Under the pieces are notes generated by a model. It worked only from the letters and a program-made list of their open reading frames with translations, had not been told where the DNA came from and did not search any database. A stretch of 62,808 bases of DNA, filler included, from Stramenopiles sp. TOSAG23-2 (taxonomy: Eukaryota), in assembly GCA_900128395.1 (NCBI GenBank). It is 11 parts of 11 records of this genome, joined end to end, with 100 filler letters (N's around TTAATTAATTAA, not from the genome) between each part and the next. Parts side by side here need not be neighbours in the genome. Positions count along the whole stretch, not along the records: positions 55,375 to 61,419 come from LT650540.1; positions 61,520 to 62,808 come from LT653255.1; 9 more parts are not named here. One strand, 5' to 3'. Positions 55,489 through 62,808 of the stretch are shown here, piece by piece. The stretch's first letter is position 1; every line of letters begins with the position of its first letter. The position numbers and the translations under genes were made by a program.

Positions 55489-56598
55489 TTGCGTTTAAAA
55501 CAATTAAAAAATAAACAATTTTTTTGTCCGATTGATCGTATGAAAATTGTAGAAGAGAAAACAAATACGTTGACATCCGATGCGGGGGTAGATCATTATC
55601 AAAAAGCAATTATGGAGGTTGAACAAGTAGGAGCTCATATAGGCATGTTTGCTGGAATACAAGATCAAAAAACAACTTTGCGACCGACATTAACTGCATC
55701 GTATGAATTTATTAATCCAGAGAAAATTCCATTTCGACCACCGATGTCACATTTTTTCTCTGATATAGATGGCCGTGCAGATTATGGTGTTTTAGGAACC
55801 CCTGGAGGTGATCTTGGTGCGTTTTTAATCATGCTTAGTGCAATAGAACGTAGTCAAGAATCATTTAAATCCTTACTGTCGTTTGAAAATGTATATGATT
55901 ATTTCCAACGTTTTTTGAATGACATGGTGCAATATGGAAAAATGCATTTTGCCATGGTAATGGATGAAACATCGTTACAACGTTTAGCCACGCTTGCTGA
56001 AGTTATCGATGCATTGCATCCTGTATCTGCTGAAGGGGCGGATAGAGTTGTTGCTGAAAGTGTCAATGCAGAAGCGATTGGTAGTGAACATTTGCGATAC
56101 ATAATGAGTGGCAAGGGTTACAAGATAAGACCAAAATTATGTGGATATATTATACAAGCATTTTGGAAAATATATTTTGATCATTCACATCCATTAAAGC
56201 CTAGATTAATATTACCAATATTACAAGGTGATCATAATGAAAAAGGTATCATCGTCTCGTATAAAAAGGTCTTTCATCCTCAATGCAATGGCCAAGCTCC
56301 ATTGATCGTCCCACATGTCGGTACATCTCAATATTATATATATCATTTAGGTGCAACTGAAAAGTTTTTTGAAGGTTTAGCAACATGGGCCTCCAAATCA
56401 ATTGGTGGAAATACTGCTATAATGAAGAAAGGAAATGGAATAGGAGATGATGGTTTACCCTTTGATTACAGTTCAACGTTGTATAAGGACATGCAAATTA
56501 TTGCTGATGGGGCATGGAAACGCACAGTCAATTTGATTAGTAATCATGGTGAATTGGAAAAATTCACAGTATCGTTGAGTAGTTATGAGGGGTGGTAA
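55489..56598 (+). CDS. Protein resembling the CxDGR/GTPGGD carbonic-anhydrase-like family, with putative metal ligands substituted; 5' end uncertain
   Basis: FSDIDGRAD..LGTPGGDLGAF, MVMDE, IGSEHL, LQGDHNE motifs. Confidence 0.5.
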   Translation: MRLKQLKNKQFFCPIDRMKIVEEKTNTLTSDAGVDHYQKAIMEVEQVGAHIGMFAGIQDQKTTLRPTLTASYEFINPEKIPFRPPMSHFFSDIDGRADYGVLGTPGGDLGAFLIMLSAIERSQESFKSLLSFENVYDYFQRFLNDMVQYGKMHFAMVMDETSLQRLATLAEVIDALHPVSAEGADRVVAESVNAEAIGSEHLRYIMSGKGYKIRPKLCGYIIQAFWKIYFDHSHPLKPRLILPILQGDHNEKGIIVSYKKVFHPQCNGQAPLIVPHVGTSQYYIYHLGATEKFFEGLATWASKSIGGNTAIMKKGNGIGDDGLPFDYSSTLYKDMQIIADGAWKRTVNLISNHGELEKFTVSLSSYEGW

Positions 56599-56642
56599 AA
56601 TTATACGAAAGGTTCGTAAAAGAAAATTTAAGATTAGTGTGA

Positions 56643-59258
56643 TATCAAACAATAATACGTAGTGCTTTATTTTCATATAAATATGAAAGGTCATTAGGTT
56701 TCATAATAACTGAGGATGATATTACAGCAGATTGGTTGGAAAACACTTTAAATAATCAACAATGTTTCTCAACACCTGTAAGTATTAAGAGCATTCGTAT
56801 TTCTCTAGTTGGTGAAGATAGTGGTAATGCATCTACTATTTACCGGATTTATATTGAATTTAAAAATATCAATAATTGCATAGAATGTCCATCAACAATG
56901 ATGTTAAAATTGCCCAAAAATAGTCTATTTAACAAAGTAATATTTTCATCTACTCGTATGTATGAAATGGAAGTATGTTTTTATGCATACATCCAAGAAT
57001 ATTTTCCATTGGCTAGTGCTAAACATTATGCTAGTGCATATTGCAAAACTGGTGGTGGATTATTTTATATTTTAATGCAAGATTTGAACACAATAAAAGA
57101 TGGCCAAAAAAAAGTTGAATTTGTAAGAGAAAATGATTCATGTGATACAAATCGTGCTTTAAATGTTGTTACTTCTTTAGCTCAATTTCATGCGACTTTT
57201 TGGAATTCGCCACCAGATTTTATAATGCCACAAAATGAACCAAGGTTAACATTAACTGGAGTAGCAATGAAAGGATCATGGAATAAATTTGTTTCTCGTC
57301 TTCATGATCGATTGCCACAAGATATTTTAAAACGTGGCTTATCATTGCATAAGATAGCGTTGAAAATTCAAGATCGATTATCAACAGGACCACAAACAAT
57401 TACCCATGGAGATTGTCATCTAGAAAATATGTTTTTTATCATTAGCAAACAGACCAAAGATGGTGTTGGTGTTGATGATAAAGTAGGTCTTTATGATTGG
57501 CAATTAATGCGTAGAGGTCGTGGCATGTTAGATATAGCAAATTTCATCGCCGGATCATTAACAATTGATGAAGAGACACATGGCCTTGAAGCTTTTCTTG
57601 TTGGTATTTATGTAGATAAATTAAAAAATTTAGGTATTATGGGGTATACACATGAAGATGCATGGCTGGATTATCGCCTATCTGTTGTCATGCTTTTTAT
57701 TTGGAATGTTTCTGCTGCTATGGCAGTGCCATTTGATACAAGTGGAGCTGATGATTATGATACCTATATATTACGTATATGTAATTGTGTTGTTCGACAT
57801 GGTTTAATTGATGTTGCATTGTCATATGTAGATGAGTGTGAAAACAATGTAAATAAGTTACCTTTAACTTTATCATTTCCTGGTGAAGCAAGTCATGAAT
57901 TAATTGAACCTCGAATTGATTTGCATGTAACAAAACATACACCACCAAGAGATCGAACAAGTTGTATTGCAATGTTAAAACATCGTATTGCATGTTTTTT
58001 AACATCATCAAAAGGTGGACACCATGGTCAAGGAAGTGATGATAGGTCGGAATTACAATTAGAATCATGCCATGATGTAGACTGGGCAAAAAATACAGAT
58101 GGAGAAGATCATGCATTTGATTCATATTATATTTCAGGTTTTAATGGTAGTATTGAAATGGATGAAGATGGTATTGATGATATGAATGACGGAGTTTCAT
58201 TTGCCATTCGTTTATGCAGGAGAACAAATAGGGAAAGTGGGGAAGTTTGGGTCATTCTAGATGTTCCAGGAATAGGTATTGTCATGTCTCCATTACATCC
58301 TACAACTATTGCAAACGTTATGGAACTTAAACATGGCAAAGGAGTAAAAGTTGAAAAAAGCAAAGATTCTTCCTTTCAATTAATATTGGAGCTACATGAG
58401 CCAATGGATGTTTGGAAAGTAACTTTAGAAGGGATCTTGATTCACAAAGATTATGGAACTGAATATGAAGTTAAATTACAAGGTACATGGACTGCAACAG
58501 GTGGTATGTTTGCTTTTGGGAAAGATTTGGATCCATTATTGACTGCCGAGGGATTATCTCGGGAAAAATGGTCAGGGGATTTTTTTAAAGAATTAAGAGC
58601 AAGTCATCAAGAACATTATGAACAATTTGGGATCACAGATGGGACATTGGAAATACGTTTGCATAAATCAACAAATAATCACAGGAACAACAATAATCCA
58701 GGCTGGGATATTTTTCCTATCCATGCATGTGGGATGAGAGATCGAGCTTGGGGAATACGAGATTGGGCATATTTGTCTCGTTATTGTTCAATGTATTTTT
58801 GGGCACAAGATGTTGAAAATGATGAAATGTGGCATTTTAATATCAGCTTGGTGTCATTACCAACTATGACCCATTTAAAAACAGGATCAGTGGAACGTAT
58901 TGGTATTGATGATAAACCGAGATCAATTGAATCATGTACTGGCTCGTTGCCATTATTGGGAGTGGACGGTACGCCACCACAACGATTTCAATTTGGTTTT
59001 AAATCCAAAGATGGTTATCGTTATCAATTACAATCCTCTGTAGAGCTTGGGAATACGATTGGATTGGATATGGGACCTGACAGATTTTTTGTTAATGTTC
59101 GTTTAACAAATTTCACAATACATACTATTCATCCAGTAACAAATGAAATTAGGACATTAGAAGGTTATGGTGGTAGTGAATTTGGGTACAGAAGAAAAGG
59201 AGTAGTACCGTATCGACCAACGGAAATAGTAGGTGGGAAGGATCCAACGTTGCATTAA
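56643..59258 (+). CDS. APH/EcKL-type phosphotransferase fused to a beta-rich RDxxWG domain
   Basis: LKLP, YEMEVCFY, LAQFHA.FW, HGDCHLENMF, YDWQ, DIA.F; C-terminal HYEQFG..GMRDRAWGIRDW. Frame is open from 56643, but there is no ATG before the conserved N-terminus. Confidence 0.82.
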   Translation, partial: YQTIIRSALFSYKYERSLGFIITEDDITADWLENTLNNQQCFSTPVSIKSIRISLVGEDSGNASTIYRIYIEFKNINNCIECPSTMMLKLPKNSLFNKVIFSSTRMYEMEVCFYAYIQEYFPLASAKHYASAYCKTGGGLFYILMQDLNTIKDGQKKVEFVRENDSCDTNRALNVVTSLAQFHATFWNSPPDFIMPQNEPRLTLTGVAMKGSWNKFVSRLHDRLPQDILKRGLSLHKIALKIQDRLSTGPQTITHGDCHLENMFFIISKQTKDGVGVDDKVGLYDWQLMRRGRGMLDIANFIAGSLTIDEETHGLEAFLVGIYVDKLKNLGIMGYTHEDAWLDYRLSVVMLFIWNVSAAMAVPFDTSGADDYDTYILRICNCVVRHGLIDVALSYVDECENNVNKLPLTLSFPGEASHELIEPRIDLHVTKHTPPRDRTSCIAMLKHRIACFLTSSKGGHHGQGSDDRSELQLESCHDVDWAKNTDGEDHAFDSYYISGFNGSIEMDEDGIDDMNDGVSFAIRLCRRTNRESGEVWVILDVPGIGIVMSPLHPTTIANVMELKHGKGVKVEKSKDSSFQLILELHEPMDVWKVTLEGILIHKDYGTEYEVKLQGTWTATGGMFAFGKDLDPLLTAEGLSREKWSGDFFKELRASHQEHYEQFGITDGTLEIRLHKSTNNHRNNNNPGWDIFPIHACGMRDRAWGIRDWAYLSRYCSMYFWAQDVENDEMWHFNISLVSLPTMTHLKTGSVERIGIDDKPRSIESCTGSLPLLGVDGTPPQRFQFGFKSKDGYRYQLQSSVELGNTIGLDMGPDRFFVNVRLTNFTIHTIHPVTNEIRTLEGYGGSEFGYRRKGVVPYRPTEIVGGKDPTLH

Positions 59259-59556
59259 AATTCGTAGAGAGTGTAACCTGCTAGATGTTAGATGTATACA
59301 TATATATATATATATACATATATGTAATGGTGTAAAAATTTACGTCGTATACGCGTAAAAAAAATACGTTCGTAAAAAATTAAAATATTTATATATTACG
59401 AAGTACATATAATTTTCTCTTTTACTCAAATATATTATATATATATTAAAAATATACGAAAACGTTTCGTATATATATATGTATATATATATGCATTATT
59501 GAAAAAAATAACTTTTCTCCGCTCTCTTTTTAAACAATAAGCCTGGTATAAGCTCT

Positions 59557-60924
59557 CTACTCTTGAAGAGTAAATATAAATTTCATACTTGGTACTTGAC
59601 CATTTAATATAATTTGCATTTTCTCCGCATGTGCTTTATCATTCCATCCAATTGCTATTTGTTGTGCTTTCAATCCAGTTTCCATTAATAAGTTACGATT
59701 GGATAATAATTCTTTTAAATATTTTGATGATTCTAATTCATTGGACATATTGACATGAAATCGAGCATCTCCATATAATAAATCTTCCGCACCAATGGAG
59801 GCATTTGTATCTAATAATGTTGGTGCTGCAAATGCTGCGGCTTCAACAATTGTCATCGCATATGAATCATACATTGCTGGATGGATATTTAAAATCGTTC
59901 GTTCCCATATTTGTTGTAATTCCATTGGATCTTTTATAAATCCTATCACAAGACATTCTTTCGTTTCCATATTAAAATGTTGTTGCAATTGTAATAACAA
60001 TTTATTACTATAAATCGGATCAGTCTTTGATCCGATTAAGACTGGAACGATATTATGTTCTTTTAAAAATATATTATTACAACAAACTAAATCAACAAAA
60101 CGGTCTGGACATTTTGATGGTTCTAAACGTGAACAACATGTTATATAATTTCTTATAACTTCTTCTTTCCCATCATTCTTTTCTATTGCCTGTTTTTTAT
60201 TATTATACAATTGTAAAAAATCTTGTCGCAATGGTGGATTTAATATTAAACATTTCAATGGTTTATCAAATCGATATTTATCAACATTCCATTGACGATC
60301 TACTTTCGATAATACAATACAAGATGTTGAATTCATTTGCGCTTCTAACTCTTTATGATTGTACCATTCTCTTTCCTCCGTTGTTAATGTTTTTTCAGCA
60401 GAAAATGTTCGAAAAACAAAGTAATTAAATGGTATTGCATTTTTCAAATAATTTAAATTATTAAATATTTGATACGATGTCCAATCAACACCAAATGCTA
60501 CAGTTGGTTTAAATGCTTCAAGATCATTTTTTACATTATTATTTGTTTTGACATTATTTGAAAATTCTTCCCAACTGGAGTAACGTCCTAATTTTTTCCA
60601 TATTTGTAAAGGTATTGCAGTGATTGATAGTTTTCCATGGTCTTTGTTTACATTATTATTGTCATTATAAAAAGATTGTAGATCATGCGATGAGATGGAT
60701 ATTTCATGATCTTTCTCTTCACTAGGTCTTCCACATAAAATGTGAACATCCACTTTATTCCAAATTAATAATGATTTCACAATGGTCCTTGAATAAACAC
60801 CATTTCCACTAAAATTGGGATCAATAAATTCAATGCCAATAAATAATACACGTTGTTTTTTATTGTTGTTGTTGTTCGTATTATTATTATTGCAATCGTT
60901 TGTCGGGGATACTAATTGTGCCAT
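59557..60924 (-). CDS. Glycosyltransferase family 4 (GT-B)
   Basis: FSGNGVYSR, SRLEPSK, HPAMYDSYAMTIVEAAAFAAP donor-binding motif. Confidence 0.85.
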   Translation of the reverse strand: MAQLVSPTNDCNNNNTNNNNNKKQRVLFIGIEFIDPNFSGNGVYSRTIVKSLLIWNKVDVHILCGRPSEEKDHEISISSHDLQSFYNDNNNVNKDHGKLSITAIPLQIWKKLGRYSSWEEFSNNVKTNNNVKNDLEAFKPTVAFGVDWTSYQIFNNLNYLKNAIPFNYFVFRTFSAEKTLTTEEREWYNHKELEAQMNSTSCIVLSKVDRQWNVDKYRFDKPLKCLILNPPLRQDFLQLYNNKKQAIEKNDGKEEVIRNYITCCSRLEPSKCPDRFVDLVCCNNIFLKEHNIVPVLIGSKTDPIYSNKLLLQLQQHFNMETKECLVIGFIKDPMELQQIWERTILNIHPAMYDSYAMTIVEAAAFAAPTLLDTNASIGAEDLLYGDARFHVNMSNELESSKYLKELLSNRNLLMETGLKAQQIAIGWNDKAHAEKMQIILNGQVPSMKFIFTLQE

Positions 60925-61000
60925 AGTATAGATACAAACGTGTATATATATATATGTTTTTGTTTCTTTTCTTTCTATATTTTATCTTGTTGCACCTTTT

Positions 61001-61259
61001 CATCATTTAATGAGAATGGGAACTCAAAATCACCACCACATTGCAAACTGTTTTGCACTTTACCACTTTACCACTTTACCACTCAAGTAAAAAAATTATT
61101 ACTGAGGAGACAGTAAGAAAGAAGAAGACATCATTTAATGAGAATGGGAACTCAAAATCACCACCACATTGCAAACTGTTTTGCACTTTACCACTTTACC
61201 ACTTTACCACTCAAGTAAAAAAATTATTACTGAGGAGACAGTAAGAAAGAAGAAGACAT
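61001..61259. repeat. Exact tandem duplication (period 128 nt), probable artefact
   Basis: Two identical copies of CATCATTTAATGAGAATGGG...GAAGAAGA. Confidence 0.85.
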
Positions 61260-61299
61260 GAATATATATATATATATATATATATGAACACATTACAAG

Positions 61300-61419
61300 A
61301 TGAAATCAATGATGATAAAATGGTATACGATGGCAATGATAATTGCTATATTGGCCCTTATGGAAAAAACGTATGGGATGGATATTTTTGGCGCAGTAAT
61401 GAAAAATTCAATGTCTGAC
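61300..61419 (+). CDS. 5' fragment of a probable secreted protein
   Basis: MKSMMIKWYTMAMIIAILALMEKTYG.. is signal-peptide-like and open into the gap. Confidence 0.45.
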
Positions 61420-61597
61420 NNNNNNNNNNNNNNNNNNNNNNNNNNNNNNNNNNNNNNNNNNNNTTAATTAATTAANNNNNNNNNNNNNNNNNNNNNNNNN
61501 NNNNNNNNNNNNNNNNNNNTGGTAAAGTCACAATCTTTTACCTTTAAACCTAAGTGTAATTTTCTAGTTAATTTAATTGTAATTTTTTTTTGCAAAA

Positions 61598-62704
61598 ATG
61601 AAATATTCCATCATCATCATCATCATATTACTATTCTTCGTAGTCATGGCAGCAACAAAATCTACAAATTCAAGACCAAGAGCATATTATCTTCCAGAAA
61701 ACAAACCATCATGTTCCATTAAACGTTCACGGATAGCACGTGAAATTATTATCCATGAAATTACAGCAGCTATGGAAAAAATATCTTCATCAAGTTACAC
61801 TAGCAAAAATCAAAATAATAATAATAATAATGAAATGCATTATCCAAAATATAAAATAACAATGGCACCAAAATGTATTTTAAATGTTTCAAATTCAATA
61901 TATCACAAACTGGAAACAAATACGAAGGAATATGCGCAACGGTATTGGCGTGATCGAATATCTGGAAAATTATTTCGTAATGAAGATTATTTAGATTTAT
62001 ATCTGTATAAAAAATATTTTATCAACCATCGTAAGGAAAAGAATAACAATAATAATACTGAAGAAGACGAAGCAAATCCACTTTTCAATCCTCAAAAGCA
62101 AACCATTTGTTTATCTAAATATTGTGATAAATTATTAAATGGATGTTATGATATAAATCATGATATGGATAGAAACAAACATGTTCATGTACGTGATCAA
62201 CAACCACATTATAATCATCAAAAAGATGCTTCACTGTATTTAAAAGAAAATAAAATATCATGTTCCAAGAAATCGATACATTTAAGAAAGCAACATTGTT
62301 TAAAAATATTTCATTCATGTTTTACAATAGTTCGTACTACATCAAATCCAATGACATTGCCAATTGGAACTAATAATATAAATAAAAAACAACAAGAACA
62401 ATCATTAATTAAATTATTACATTATTATGATAAAACATTTTGTGAATATGATATATGTAGTAATGGACCACGAAATATGATGGAAAATATTGGTACATAT
62501 GGAACACATTCATCATTAAATAATCCAAGAAGTTATTTCACATTTTTTTTTAAAACATTCGGTGGTATGTTTCTAGTTGTTTTATTTACATTGATTGTAT
62601 CCGTGTTTGCTTACATGTATTATAGTGAAAAGCAAGCAATTGTATTGAATAATGATTTGAGAAAAATACGAAAGAAATGGTCTGCACGTGGGAAGAGTGA
62701 TTAA
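61598..62704 (+). CDS. Type-I membrane Cys-rich protein related to lumenal C2H2-like finger proteins
   Basis: Signal peptide, CS..RSR.A..II, W....GK.F..E.YLD, CL..YC..L..C, C....SCF, C-terminal TM helix followed by a basic tail. Confidence 0.65.
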   Translation: MKYSIIIIIILLFFVVMAATKSTNSRPRAYYLPENKPSCSIKRSRIAREIIIHEITAAMEKISSSSYTSKNQNNNNNNEMHYPKYKITMAPKCILNVSNSIYHKLETNTKEYAQRYWRDRISGKLFRNEDYLDLYLYKKYFINHRKEKNNNNNTEEDEANPLFNPQKQTICLSKYCDKLLNGCYDINHDMDRNKHVHVRDQQPHYNHQKDASLYLKENKISCSKKSIHLRKQHCLKIFHSCFTIVRTTSNPMTLPIGTNNINKKQQEQSLIKLLHYYDKTFCEYDICSNGPRNMMENIGTYGTHSSLNNPRSYFTFFFKTFGGMFLVVLFTLIVSVFAYMYYSEKQAIVLNNDLRKIRKKWSARGKSD

Positions 62705-62808
62705 AAAAATCTAGAGAAATATGTGGAGAAAACATTTTTTAATACTAGATGTGTACAAATATAAAATATATGAGACACGCATACTGGCACATACACACAC
62801 AAAATACG

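Noticed and set aside
61001-61259. Direct repeats as a CRISPR array or LTRs
   Set aside because: Only two abutting identical copies with no spacers or internal element; eukaryotic context.
6064-61519. Regularly spaced TTAATTAATTAA motif and apparent gene neighbourhoods across it
   Set aside because: Artificial linkers between size-sorted contigs; they are not a biological repeat and cross-linker synteny is meaningless.

Overview
AT-rich, intron-poor eukaryotic (protist-like) DNA in the standard genetic code, with many poly-Asn/Gln runs and short GT-AG introns, some with TACTAAC branch points. It is not one locus: ten artificial 100-nt N-TTAATTAATTAA-N linkers join eleven contigs (the complete ones about 6.05 kb, in descending size order), so adjacency across linkers means nothing and many genes are truncated. 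Recognisable genes are ATG7, a short THOC5, an EthA/AlmA-type flavin monooxygenase, an LtrA-family protein, an SDR, a FAM184-like protein, a GH20 hexosaminidase, PIN1, LipB/LIPT2, TMX2, PAT1 and a GT4 glycosyltransferase. Highlights: (1) a 1996-aa NLR-like STAND protein with PH - OTU deubiquitinase - helical bundle - NB-ARC - ankyrin architecture and a ZZ-like zinc finger inserted just before the MHD motif; (2) a selenocysteine glutathione peroxidase missed by the ORF track, with an in-frame UGA, a candidate SECIS and a PTS1-like end; (3) a giant Cys-rich protein whose pepsin-like domain has Asp/His instead of Asp/Asp; (4) a TerD-EF-hand-C2 fusion; (5) a divergent gene pair both ending in -SRL; (6) three adjacent MITE-like elements. 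All family assignments come from motif recognition by eye, not database searches.
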